DNA from: Selaginella moellendorffii
Lineage: Eukaryota > Plantae > Lycopodiophyta
Assembly (NCBI RefSeq): GCF_000143415.4
Contig: NW_003314273.1
Span: 2,014,052-2,078,051 of the forward strand
Reading direction: 5' to 3'
DNA: 64,000 nt
Shown: positions 1 to 12,709 of the stretch, in pieces
Layout: each line of letters begins with the position of its first letter
How positions within the stretch are numbered: the first letter of the stretch is position 1
Translations under genes and position numbers: made by a program
Notes under the pieces: generated by a model
Database searches by the model: none
Told to the model about the DNA's origin: nothing
What the model saw: the letters and a program-made list of their open reading frames with translations, nothing else

Positions 1-2836
1 AAATCGCCATTGGAAGAACTGCTGATCGCTGCGCAGGATCAACATCAGGAAAATGCTTCGTCTTTTGGGTATGTTCTACATGCTTTCGCATAAGCAAAGC
101 TTATTTCTCCGTTGTCAGGTATAAACTTTTGGTATATCTCAAGTATTGCTTCTCTGGTCTTGCGTTTCCTCCTGGTACGTCCGTCTGTTTACAGCTTTAT
201 CAAGTTTGCTCATATCATACTCATGCTTAAGGTCGTGGATCATTACCTGCTGAACAAGTATATGGACTCAAAATACAGCTTTTGGAGTATTTACTCGACC
301 CCGCTGGCTCTGGAAGAGATGCAGAGTCGGTATATGCAGTTTATCCGAGGCTTCATTATCTACTCAACCTGGATGTGTCGGCCACCCTGGATGTTTTCAA
401 AGTAGCTTTGGGGAACGTAAAGGAGGCTGAAGGACATCTGGTCCAGCTAACGATTGATCCTCTTGTGCACATTGTCGAAACAGTTCTATGCATGGACACC
501 GAGTTCATTGACAAGACAAGCTACATTTTACAGTTTATTGCCGACTATGTATCTGCTGGGGCTGCTTCTATACCTCCTACAACACTAGATCGGATTCTAA
601 ATCTATTTCTGGACAATACTCAAGAAAGCATTCTCCCTGATCGCGAGGAACTTACGGTGAAAGTTTTGGAGGCGGTTCCCGCGGAAGACTGGGATCCTGA
701 TGCTGTTCTTGAGCTAGCTAAGAAAACTCAATTCTGGCGGGTAAGCATGCTTGTTCCTGAAAATTCTTTGTATAGAATCTTCCTACGCAGCTGTCCGCGT
801 TGGTCTATACACGGAAAGGAGACCACATATCCGCACTTTATAGTCACCTAGAGGATGTTTCTCGACCACGCCATACTTTTAACTTCGTGATATCTAAGCT
901 TGATCGGGACAATGGCCTCAAGGGAACTGCATTGACAGAATTCCGTGCGGCTGTAATCTCTCGTATTCATCACCTTGTACAGAAGAACAGGTAAAACACC
1001 TAGTTTCTGTTTTGTTCTTTCAGTGCTTTAACTAGTGTTTATTATTATTATTATTTATCTTACAGGATTGCAGCTTTCTATATAGTTCTTGAATACTTCA
1101 ATGACCAACTCGACGATGTGGTGAAAGCCTTACAACCGTTTCCACTCTCTCTGTTTAACTTCCTGAAAGCTCTTATGGAAGTCCGTGCCATCTCAGATAC
1201 TATTAGTGATGTGCAAGTCTCAGAAGTCGACTGCGATCCCTGGGATGACCGATCTCGACTAGCAACGCTACTGGAAAACATGCGTTTGGAGGTCACGGAT
1301 GACATGGTCGAGGAATATATAGAGGTTTGATATGACCTTTACCATTTTTGCCGTTTAAGCGCAGTTTTTTTTCACAGCTTATGTGCGAGCTTGAGCCTAG
1401 TGGCGTACTGAATTTTCTTCAAGGCCATGAAAATTATAGGCTTGAACAATGTTTGAAGCTGTGCCAGAAGTATGGGGTGAAAGACGGTGCGGCTTTTCTT
1501 CTCGAACAAGCTGGTGATGTTGGCAGCGCTCTGACTCTTATTCTGGGTGACCTTTCGAAGTTATTCCATGAACTTGATGCGGCAGTTGCAATAATGTGCA
1601 CTGCATCAAGCACTGGAACGAACATTCCTGAGGTACGTGAGAAGCGTTATGACATGGTTTTAATGTTCACGATCTCTTCTAGGAGCAAGCTTTGCATTCA
1701 GTTAAGAATGCCGCGGTTTCTCTTTGCCAAAGAAATACTTTTCGGCTTGATCCCCAGGAAGCCGAGTCCCTTTGGTTTCATCTGCTGGACAGGTAAGAGT
1801 TTGTAATCTCTAGCTTAATCCTACGCAACCTTGCTACAGATTTATTCACCCTCTGGATGCTCTGAATTCGTCGAAGCACAACAAAGCTGTGAAACCAGCA
1901 GATATAGGATCATCATCTCGCTACGAGTGGCAGGTTTTTCAAGTTAACGGTGCAGCGAGTGTTCTCCGAAAGATGCTTTCTAAGTTTGCTGGGGACATTG
2001 TCACGGGTATGATTGGTCATGTACCCGTGCAAGTGATTTTGAACAAGATCGTATCGGATCATGGTAACCACGAGCTTGGCGATTTCAAGAACACCATTCT
2101 CGAAATGCTGAGTGCGTATGGCTACGAGTTGGCAATTCTGGTAGGACATGAACTTCTTTCTATTCTTAAACACGGACTCGTTGTCCTACAGGGTACTGCA
2201 AGGCGGATACTTGAAACTGACATGTTTCACGACATTCAAACACTTAAGAGAGGCCGATCTCGTGGATTAAGTCCCTTGACAGCCAGCTGCAGCGTGTGTA
2301 GTCACACGTTTGTGGAAGATCAAAGTGCAAGGAAGGGCGTACAAATTTTCTCTTGTGGGCATTTAGTCCACCTGAGCTGCATGGAGGACGCTAACTCGAA
2401 GTCAAACCGGTGCCCGGTTTGCATGCGTCACGACGTAGGCACGGATACAAATTACAACAATGGTTATAACAATGGAAGCTTTCCTCAAGATCGTAAGGGT
2501 AAAGGCCACGAACAAGCTATCGAAGAACGGCAACCAATTCGAAAACAGGGAGTCTCCAGAGTGAGTGATTTCTTTTTTCTCGAAAGCTCCTCTCTCGACT
2601 GATTGTGACGGTCTCTTGCTGCACAGTTTGAATTGCTGAAGAGTCTCCAGAAGGGAGAACCCCTGCCTGAGCTGAATCCTGATTTACCAAGGCTACAGCT
2701 CTCGCCTCCGATCAAGTACAAGCACAGGCCTTCCAGGCCGCTGTCTGGCTATAGCAACACCAACATCAGCGGCAACTCTAGCAGAAGACCCCTACAGCAA
2801 AAATCGCATTCCTTGCGCGTTCTCAAAGCAAAATGA
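1..2836 (+). CDS. VPS8: Vacuolar protein sorting 8 (CORVET subunit) homolog, 3' part, multi-exon; 5' end lies outside the window
   Basis: Exons separated by GT-AG introns encode a clathrin-repeat-like segment (LNFLQGHENYRLEQCLKLCQKYGVKDGAAFLLE), GDFKNTILEMLSAYGYE, and a C-terminal RING-H2 (CSVC..FSCGHLVHLSC..CPVC). Stop TGA at 2834-2836. Confidence 0.85.
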
Positions 2837-3374
2837 TGGAACAACAAGCTCGTCATGCTCTACACCTTTCTGGCGAATTCAACTTTGCTATCGTATGAAG
2901 AGGTACGTGATCATCTGTGATCATATAGTAGGTTATAACGCCGTCCTTCTAGGAGAAGTCCATTCTATATCCTATATCGGAATGTGACATGGCGTGGCAG
3001 ATGACGGGCTCCTTGGCCGCTGGAGGTGAGACCGATCAGCACGCATGCCAGCATCCTCGGCAGTGGAAGGAGTCACCAGAGTTTCTCGACATAGCGGCCG
3101 AAGCCCGGGAGTCGACTTCATGTCTTCCAAGGTGGACGTGCAGCTGTACAAGTGCCACGAGCAAGGTCCCCATTCAAGTTTACAGGATGGATTCTTGCGA
3201 CCAGCGTCCAACACAGTCGGGCCATTGTGGCCGAGCTCTCACGGTCCAGCACTCAAAGTCTTCCAACTTCCACTGCACGAATGACTTACCTCTACACTGT
3301 CTTCTGCGACTGCCAACACTGTATGGAGCAGCTGTTTGAGCTACTGGCGCTTGAGGTCAATGAGCAGGACAATT

Positions 3375-3547
3375 GGAATGGGAGGCATGCTTTCCGGGAC
3401 AGTCGATCGATTCGAAAGAGTAACTCGATTCTTCTTTTATGCTTTGGCTCGATCGTCGCGTCCGATCCAACTTTTTATTTCCAGGTCTTCGAGACAAAAT
3501 CTGGCCGCAACGTCGTTGCTTCTTCTCGGTAAAGTGCCTGTAGATAG
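3375..3547 (-). repeat. Diverged repeat, inverted copy of 15123-15386
   Basis: The reverse complement shares blocks such as TTGCGGCCAGATTTTGT, CGAAGACCTGG and GAATCGATCGACTGTCCCGGAAAGCATGCCTC with 15123-15386. Both ORF translations contain YSFESIDCPGKHAS. Confidence 0.85.
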
Positions 3548-4983
3548 ACAATCCAAAGGCTCTTTAACATGGGCTAGATCAAACAATGCGTTGGACACCG
3601 CATCCCAGAAACTCCAGCATGACGCAGAATCCGAGAAAAGGCAACAGTCTCATTGTCCCCCTTCATGTAATGATAGCAATTGTTGTGATTTCTCATTCCA
3701 CTGGTGATCCTGAGAGCCATCTCGATCTTCTCAGCAAACAATCACGGTGCGAACAACTCTTGATGGCCGCCATCGACAAACTAAAGATGACGAGGTGACT
3801 GAGAGGCTTTGTGACAAAGAGAAATAGCGATGCATTTCATACTTACTTCCCCTGATGCCTCGATAGTTTTAACTGCGTATAATACGACAGATAAAACTTA
3901 GTTTCCAGGTATAACATTCGTAGCATTCTTACCTTCAAATGTGCGAGAACCTAAAACTCCACAATGGAAATTATTTGCCCAACCTATACATAAAATGGCA
4001 TCACTTTTTGGCCTAATCTTACCGTTTATTTTCACTGGATATGACCCAAGGATCAGATTTATGCTCTCCTACGCATGAGCAGTCATAGCTGTCTATACGA
4101 GAGGTCTTGCAGTTGTTGAATGCTGTGGAACCGGGGCTGTCACGGTGATGTCCCAGACCTGGAGTTTCCATCCTCATAGACACGGGCATTTTCGTGGACA
4201 TCTCTAGAGTTGAGCTAGCCCCGATTGGAGGAGCTAGCATGGAGGACTTACAGAGGAGGGAACTTATGGATGTTGTGGTGGTGGGGGGCCGCTGCGATCA
4301 TCCTTTTCATTTGTCATCGATGCACTGATGAGTGTATCTATTTCCTGAGCATGCAGAAATAGCAATACCTACATGTGTGAATAGAAGAGGAGGAAATGCT
4401 GGATCTTCCAAAAGCATTAGATTCTTGCTGTGTACTGATATGAATATTGCCATGGAATATGTATTGGCATCTTGAGAACAAGTATGTGGAGACAATGTTA
4501 TAGAGTAGTGCTCTTTCTCTTTCTCTTTCTTTTTTTATCCTTCTCAGTATCTCAGAGAAGGTGATTTCACATTAGAATGTTTTTGTCCACTGGTTCCTTG
4601 AATTCACAATGCACTCCAGATCTGGACGTGGGATTTCCACCTGTAGAAGATGAAGACTATAATATTCCATGAAACACACAAAGAACAAGTGTGTGTACTA
4701 TATACACCAATGCCATATAAAGCCATTGTGTTGGGAGCAATGGCCCCATTGCGGTTTCTTTGACAGGTGGAACAGTTGAGAACGCTAAAGTTAATAGAGC
4801 TTTTTAAATTTCTCATTGTTTGACAGGCTCATTGATGAAGTGCTTCACAAGTTATTTATGGTTAAAAAAATTAAAAACAGTATAAATTAGTGGGTCCAAG
4901 TATTTAGAGCTCCCATGTGTCTAAAAATAGAAAAAAAAAATAGAAAAGGATTTAAAAATAAATAACAATCCCAAGTGCACTAA

Positions 4984-6033
4984 ATGGAAAAGAAACACTT
5001 ATATATGGTATCAAAACTGTTTCCTATTTCTTTATATCTATGTTTGTTAAATATACAATTTGTATTTGCAACACCACCAACCCCCATTCCAGATGATGAG
5101 CCTACTCTTATATATGCTAAAAATCCCTTTGCTATCAATGTAAACCCCTTCACACGCTTTTTGGGGCACATTCGAGCATATATTTTCTCAACATTTCTTG
5201 ATGGTGAAACATATCCAGCAGGATTACGAATTATAAATATTCATTTCCATAGATCAGGGTTTGATATCACGGCAAATTTATATATTTTAGAACCTGGGTT
5301 TGCTAGTCAACAAACTCTTATACCATATGTTTGCACTACAGATCCAACAATTCCATTAGGCTTTCAAGGTGATGAGGTGAGAACCCTTTATGAAAGAATT
5401 TTAACATTCATTCGAGCAAGAGCTGCATCAGATACACATGGGATATCCTTTTGTGGAGAAATCCGTGTTGTTTATTTCAATCTTATGATTGACTATGAGA
5501 TCACAGTACCACTTCCTCAACTTCCCCATGAGATGTTCATACATAGTAATTATACTAAATACTACAAATCTGAAATAGTTCCGCAGCTACAACAGGCTGC
5601 AATACTTTTGCATATAGCAGATTTGCATAAAAATTGTTGGGCATTCTCAACTATACTTATTGGTCAGAAAACTAATATAGTTGGCTCTTCTATTGAAATT
5701 GGTAATAGTTTAACTTCACCAAATAAAAAATTCAGACTAACTTTAGGGAGTGATTGCAAGCTAAATTTTTATAAAATTGGGTATAGCATCCCACTTTGGA
5801 TTAGTGAACACAAATTTAACCCCCAGCAAAGCTGTTATGCACACTTACAAGAGGATGGAAACTTTGTTATTAAGGAAGGTAATATTAAACATGATCAAAA
5901 TAATGTTTATTGGGCTAATAATAAGTATTGTACACCACAACCCTCATGTAAGATCATCACAACATTAGTTGTGAGTAATCATGGAAATATTATTATTTAT
6001 TGGAACAGTAGAATTTTATGGAAAGCCTTGTGA
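4984..6033 (+). CDS. Secreted protein: signal peptide, unknown (possibly RIP-like) domain, C-terminal bulb-type (GNA/B) lectin domain
   Basis: Uninterrupted 349-aa ORF in AT-rich DNA with a hydrophobic N-terminus. From ~5671 it follows the B-lectin pattern (GNSLTSPNKKFRLTLGSDCKLNFY..PLW..YAHLQEDGNFVI..VYWAN..LVVSNHGNIIIY..ILW). Confidence 0.8.
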   Translation: MEKKHLYMVSKLFPISLYLCLLNIQFVFATPPTPIPDDEPTLIYAKNPFAINVNPFTRFLGHIRAYIFSTFLDGETYPAGLRIINIHFHRSGFDITANLYILEPGFASQQTLIPYVCTTDPTIPLGFQGDEVRTLYERILTFIRARAASDTHGISFCGEIRVVYFNLMIDYEITVPLPQLPHEMFIHSNYTKYYKSEIVPQLQQAAILLHIADLHKNCWAFSTILIGQKTNIVGSSIEIGNSLTSPNKKFRLTLGSDCKLNFYKIGYSIPLWISEHKFNPQQSCYAHLQEDGNFVIKEGNIKHDQNNVYWANNKYCTPQPSCKIITTLVVSNHGNIIIYWNSRILWKAL

Positions 6034-6749
6034 ATTATAGATTATAAAATATATTTTGGGGCTTATTATAAAACTTATCATAAATACTATAATTAGATAA
6101 AATTTAAAATTACTCTATATCATATATAATAACATTAGCATTACATTAGAAATTTGTAGCTGTAAGTTTTGTAACTATAAATATGCATATTTACATATAT
6201 CATAATATAATATAAATATTTTAATTATAATAGTGTAGCATAAGATTTAATCCATCCATTCCTTTATATAAACAAGGGTCTTTTCAATTATTATATCTTC
6301 ATATTGAAAATTATCCCTAAAGGACAAGGGTTATGCTTTTGGTTTTTGATTTGTTTTGATCTTCTTAGCGTTTTGTTAAATTTCATTTTATTATCATTTT
6401 TGCTCTTTATATTGCATTTCCTCTTTTTGCCATATCATGCCATCAATTAAAGAGTGTATCATTGGTCCATTGTCCTTATCTGGCAGCACTATTCTTGCTA
6501 TTGTATCACATGTGGATTGAGCTTTTGGTACTGTTGGGTGTATGATGCTGCCTTAATATTTAGTATACTGTTATTTCCAACTTCTGTGAAATATGATTAC
6601 ATTGTGTGTCCTATTCTTAATATCCAATTGGAATATACAATTGTGAAGGGTAGAATGTCCAAATGGTACTGAGCACAACCGCACATAAGAGAGCTTGGCC
6701 AAAGAATGCTAGCTGATCCCTAATATCCATTAAAGGGAATGAGAACAAT

Positions 6750-6764
6750 AGAGAGGGGGAGAGG

Positions 6765-6800
<36 letters not shown>
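6750..6800. repeat. (GA)n microsatellite
   Basis: Directly visible GA run. Confidence 0.95.
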
Positions 6801-7645
6801 AAAATGACAATAAAAATCTACCATACTCTATACTATGGTGTATTATTCATAAACTGGTGCTTTGTGAAGAGTTTATACTATGAAAAAGGACACGTGGCAT
6901 TATCTTATTGGTCTTGGTAGAATATTCTACGCATAAAATTGGATATTCTCCACATGAAAACATATATTCTGCACCTGAAAAAGAATATTCCCTAGGTGAA
7001 AATGCATATTCTACACGTGAAATCAAATAAAAATCTTCAAATGCATCCATAAATAAAAAGAAACTAGATTGCTAAAACCTCTAGAATCCAAGAAATGTTG
7101 GAATTCCTACAATCATATTCTTAAGAAATTTACTCTGAATACGAAATTATATACCTTTGTGTATTGCTCTTCATTATCACTCTTAGATGTTGAAGAAGAG
7201 TCTGAATCATATGGTATAGACTGTCCACTTATACCATTTTGCTCTTCCATGAGACTAACAAAAATCTCATGCAAAAAAATGTCTTTATCTATAACAAAGA
7301 AGTTTGAAATTGACAATAGAAATTTACTCATATTTCTTAAACCTGACTATGTATGCTATATGTCAAAACTTCCTTACAAATTCTGTCATAAAAAACCATC
7401 TAACTATTTCAAATATGAATCACCTTGCTATTGGTTTGGATTTTTCAGTATCAATACCTTCACTCTAGACTCCACCACGGCACCCCACCCAGCAACAAGC
7501 AAGCCTTGCCTCAAAGATGACTTTAATCAAAGGATGAGTAGGCATGTGCTATAGGCCATACCATGGATGTGCATAATAGGCATGTATGGAAGATCAAATG
7601 TTGCCACCTGGCAAATGGAATATTGTGCAATACAAACTCTTTTTC

Positions 7646-8017
7646 ACAGAGCATCGGTTTACAAGTAACACGCCATACATACCCCTGCCATCCTATATAT
7701 ATGCCCTGGCTCTGGGCCATATGAAATGGTTGAGTGATGAAGCAAAAGCCACTCCCTGCACCAACTATACTGCTGGATGACAGAAGCTTGCTGATTCTAG
7801 AGGGTATGGTCCAAGTCCAGATGCAAAAGCCTGAGGCACAAAGTCCTTCAAAATACGCTGGGTAGGGACAGGGGAAATGGAGGACACCTAGGTCACAAAG
7901 GAACAGTTAAAGAAGCTTGAGGAGTTCATCTATTCAACTTAGAAGACTTTGTAAGGTAGGGCATATATAGGATGACAGGGGTATGTATGGCATGTTATTT
8001 GTAAACCGGTGCTCTGT
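7646..8017. mobile_element. Chromovirus (Ty3/gypsy) 3' remnant: chromodomain fragment between ~60-bp inverted repeats
   Basis: ~7840-7930 translates KSFKIRWVGTGEMEDT*VTKEQLKKLEEF (chromodomain-like). 7646-7707 is the reverse complement of 7958-8017. Confidence 0.7.
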
Positions 8018-9229
8018 AAAAAAAAGTCTGTTCAAATCTTTTTAAATTTTGGTTTTTGTCTTCCAGCGCATTGAATATCTCTAGAGAGAGCTTTACAAGA
8101 AAGTGATATGGTTTTATAAGCAATTATTTAAGTCAATGGAGGACATTGGTATTTTAGATGTTAAATATATGGCGTATACAAAGATTGAGGTGTGTATTTA
8201 CACCTTATATTGCTAAGGACCTTGCACATTAGGTTGTGACTTGGAACATCCATAAGGTTCAAGCATTTCAAAATGGTGACTATTTCAGAGCTTCTCATGT
8301 TCCTGTAATTTGTTTCAACTTATGGAGTCTGAGCTTGGGTAAGAACATAGATATATGCTCTTTGTTTCTTTAATATATTTATTATTTTCATAGCATAGTC
8401 AGAGTATTGAGCAGTAAGGGTATTGAACTCTTGTCTAGACTATTTCTATGCAGTGTTGAAGGTGCTACTTTGCCACAAATATTTAGTTCTACCTTTTTTA
8501 TGATGTTCCCTACTCTAACAATTTCCTTGTTTTGAGCAACACATAACAATAATTTGAAATCAAGCATTTCACTCTATCATACTAGGCTAAATCTGGATGA
8601 ACAATACCTTTTACACTTAGACTTGTCAATGCAATATGCACTAGTAAATATAAACCACATCCCACTTACAGATTATATTGCAACAACACTACCCATTGTG
8701 ACTCCAATCACTAAAAGAGCTCTTGGGAAGTTGCAGATAGTCTCCATCTATCTTAGTTTTAAATTCTTTAAAATTTGTTTGTTCTTTGAGGTGTATTCCA
8801 ATTTTAAGTAGTGGAATTCAAATGTTGTCACCAAATATGTAATAGTATTATTGATTCACAAACAAAAATATAACAAAGCATGACTATATTCCTAGATCAG
8901 GAGATTGGTAAGCATGAAGTACATATTTGAACAACATGTTTTGAATCATATGGCAAGTTATAAAAGGTAATAATCTTATATGAAAAACATACATGCTATA
9001 ACTTGGTATAAGAGCTAAGTGCACTTCACCACTTTGAGCATACTTGAAAAGCATAGCGTTCCATGAAACACAGTCTCAAATACGCTCTTGAATGTTGTCT
9101 ATACAAAGTACTTTGGATGAAGCTTTGATTAAGCTATTGTCCTTTTCCTTAGGGTGTGACATTTTGGCCTATACGTTGAAAGTCCTGAAGGAACACTTCT
9201 AGTTGGCATAGAAGCTCATTCACTGCCTT

Positions 9230-9800
9230 GCAGCTTTGAGCCTTCTCTTCACCAAATGGTGTATTACAGCCCGCCTCCAGGTGTTTGGCTGTGGACAGAC
9301 AAATTGGGAAGGTACACTGTGGCGCCAAGTATGGGGCTATGCCGATTGGGGAATAAACAGCATATGCCAACCACTTCACCCAGGACGTTGGTTTGTCCAT
9401 ACAAAAAGCCCATAGCAAGGCCTCAAGAGTCTGATTTTGTTCGCTCAGTTTGCCCATCACTCTGAGGGTGATACGTGCTCAAGAAGGTGAGTTTGGTCCC
9501 CAGGATGAACAGCAATGTTCAAAAGGAGCTCAAGAACTTCAAGTCCCTATAAGAGACTATCTCCCTCAGTATCCTGTGAAAGTGGGCTATCTCCACCTAG
9601 AATAGCTCGGCCACCTTTTCTGTAGATGCCTTTGATGACACCTGGCCACATCATGCCCTCCCACTGTCGGTAGCCCCACAACAAAGTCTATTGAAATGCT
9701 ATTAAATGGATGAGCAGAAGTCCCAAGGAAGCCTCTATCTCCAATTTTGTTATCTGGCATGCTGGACACTGCACTATTAATGATGCATGTCTTTTTGGAG
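9230..9800 (-). mobile_element. Degenerate Ty3/gypsy integrase fragment
   Basis: Minus-strand frames give HPFNSISIDFVVGLP, STYHPQSDGQTERT/NQTLE and WVKWLAYA, broken by frameshifts. Confidence 0.85.
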
Positions 9801-11379
9801 GCCCTTTCTAATAAAATCTGCTCTTGATCTCCACAAGCATCTGTCCTATACCAATATGGACTACGAAAATCCCTATATGGCACTCCTTGAAGATCACTTC
9901 ACACAAAGCACTATTTTTGCTTATGATTATTGGAGAGGGTTTTGATTTTGGAATAGGGTAGATTTATCAATAGCAATGACATCTGGATTGGTGTGGCTTA
10001 TTATATCCAAGAAGCAAGGTTGGGAGCTTGGAAATGGTCACAATTGGTGAGGTGTTCAAAGTAAAAACAATTTGCTATGCATTGCATGTAGCAACAATTG
10101 ATTTGCTTAATAGTAGTGTTATTCTTACTTATTACTCCAAAACAAATTTTATAATTATAAATATGTTTATAATTTATAAACACAAGATTAAACTAAATTT
10201 AGTGTTATGTGGACTCTTCTAGAAATTAGCAACTGTTTCTTGACTGCAGAACTGTAGTAGGATGCTCAAACAGGATGAAAAACAATACAGTATTCTTTTT
10301 CTATCTTTTATTCTGGGACAAGTCTTTGTGCTTTTCTATCTGATTAACAATGCCGGTGGTATTGTCCTTGAGATTGATAATCTCGTTGAATGCTTCGTGG
10401 AAACATATCAACCACTAGATGGTAGAATAAAAAAGAATATACTAAAAAGTGTTTAAAAAGTTTATAAATTACAAACATATTTAGAAAATATAAATACAAG
10501 ATTAATCTAAATGAATAACAACTATTAGATAGTAGAATATCCTAGAATATTCACTACTATCCCTATAGGTTTGCTTAAGCCAACCAAAAATAGTAATAGG
10601 GTGTTTGGATCTTTTATATATTTACTTTTAGGATCTATTAATTTTTGATACCATAGGTAGATATATAAGGGTTAGAATTGATTTATTTTTTGGATATAGC
10701 TTGGGTTTTTAAATTTTTTTTGAACACAGCCATTTATTTTTATATTCACCCCAAGATTGATGCGCAGTCTAGTCTCCTCAAAGAATTGAGTCAGTGTAAT
10801 GTTAAGCAAGTTCACTATGTTGATTATCTTGTTCTGGCCATAGTATTTTATAATGATATATCTTTTGTTATTCAGCCTTTCTACTTGGATGAAGTCTTTT
10901 ATAATATAAGGGTTTCTATTATCTATGATTATTTCTTTTTACTTCCTCATTGTTGTTTATTTCTTCAATGTTTCTTTATCTTTTTTTTTCCATTTTCATA
11001 TTCTTTCTTTCTGAAATTTTATTGCTCTCTCCTTTTTACTTTGATAATTCAAACTTTTTTTCCTTAAAGGAGAGAGGGGATGCACAGGAATCTAGCCCAA
11101 TGATGGAGTAAAGATAAACAATAATGGTATTAGAATAATGATAATTATAATAAGTTAAAACAGAACATTTGGCCTGACTGAGTAAGGTAAAAGGGATATG
11201 ATAGTAGAGTGAAGTTAAACATAGTGAAAATGAAGTATACCCAGTAAAACATAGAATTCAAAAGGTGGATGACAATTGATAACAAAACAATTTCAAAAGA
11301 GCCATCAAAAGGAGAAGCCCATGCAATGATCTCATTACCTGCTTTCATAGGGAGTGTGAGGCTCTAGTGTTTCCAAGTG

Positions 11380-11680
11380 CAAGGATTGATAGGGAGTTGG
11401 CAAGCTTTTGCCCTTATTGATTCAAAGATGTCCCATATGTTTGTCAATAGTTTATCACTCTCAAAACTCAAACTCTATAGGAAAGGTACCATTAGAGCTG
11501 GCTATTGAGATAGCTGATGGAGGAATTATGAAGTTGACCATAATCACCCAAAGTGAATTCAATATGGGAGGTTTTGTGATATATGGCCATTTCCATGTGT
11601 TGGAGATGGGGATCATTAATATCACCATTGGCATTAAGACCCTTCACCAACTTTAGGAGATCTCAATGAACTTTGTTTTG
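11380..11680 (+). mobile_element. Degenerate Ty3/gypsy aspartic protease
   Basis: ALIDSKMSHMFVNS (decayed DSG motif), then after a frameshift IEIADGG...FHVLEMGIINITIGIKTL. Confidence 0.7.
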
Positions 11681-11974
11681 CAGATCTTGTGGCAAGGGGT
11701 AAACCAATCTCCATCAATTCAGATTGCTTTGGCAGCTCAATATTCTCAATTAGTGGCAAAGGGAGTTGAGCTGGTGCTTTATCATTCATTCGTAGGAGTT
11801 TGAGAAAATCATGTAGGGAGCACATGGACCTAAGTAGATCTTGTGGTGGGGTCCTAGTTAGTTTAGTTGAGATATATGATGAGAAGAAAGTAGAGAAGAA
11901 AGTAGGGCATTAGTGGACGAATGTGACGGTGTGAGTGACAAGACCCAGAAGAAAGCATGGACATTGGAGATAGT

Positions 11975-12572
11975 TGTAAGCAACCAAAGAGAACGACTTA
12001 AAACAATCCATGGGGTTCAAATATAAAGGGAAAGGGCCTATGAATAAAAGTTTTCTAATCGATTAAGGGTCTTGAATATTTGGAGTTAAGTATCCTTGGG
12101 TTTGAATAGTATTGGGTTGGATGACCTCCTGAGAAGTTTAAATTCAAGAGCTTACATTTGGTATTAGAGAGGTCTCAGAGTCTGACTTTATTAATTGGCT
12201 TACATTTGGTATTAAAGAGGTCTCAGAGTCTGACTCTATTAGTTAGCTTAGGGGAATTATATCACATGTTGAGATTGACATCTGGTAGGTCCAATTTGCT
12301 CCTAGCTGGGCTCGACTCGAGGGGTAGGGTTCTCTCAGCTTCCGTTTATAAGGGCATAAACTTGCAGGGAAGCATGGTGAATTATAAACAACCAAAGAAA
12401 AAAACTTGACAGATGATCCATAGGGTTTAAATATAAAGGGAAAGGGCTCATGAACAAAAGCCCCCTTTTCTAATCAATTAAGGGTTTTGGGATATTTGGG
12501 GTTAAGTGTCCTTGGGTTTAAATAGTACTAGGCTGAGTGACTTCCCAGGAAGTTCAAATTCAAGAGCTTACA
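11975..12572 (+). mobile_element. Cassandra-like TRIM (non-autonomous LTR retrotransposon with 5S rRNA-derived LTRs), full length
   Basis: LTR1 11975-12156 (TGTAAG...CTTACA) and LTR2 12383-12572. Met-tRNA PBS-like TGGTATTAGAG follows LTR1. Flanks ATAGT/ATTGT match 4/5 as a TSD. Each LTR holds a 5S A-box/IE/C-box-like segment (12084-12137, 12501-12553). Confidence 0.85.
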
Positions 12573-12709
12573 ATTGTCACAAAGAGCAAAGATTGGGTAA
12601 GAACAAGGCAATATTAAAAGCATTAAAAGATATTGAAAATGCAAACCTCTAGGGAAACATCTAAGTGTTATCCAAAGGTATTACAAAGATTGATAAGAGT
12701 CCAATGATA

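Noticed and set aside
2972-3798. Cluster of overlapping short ORFs after VPS8
   Set aside because: No recognisable family or consistent splice model; probably a decayed gene or repeat.
6454-11067. Short hydrophobic ORFs in AT-rich DNA (e.g. 7069-7554, 10678-11067)
   Set aside because: Non-ATG starts, low-complexity composition and no motifs; expected by chance.
12084-12553. Functional 5S rRNA genes
   Set aside because: Only the ~53-nt internal control region is similar, and it is embedded in LTRs.
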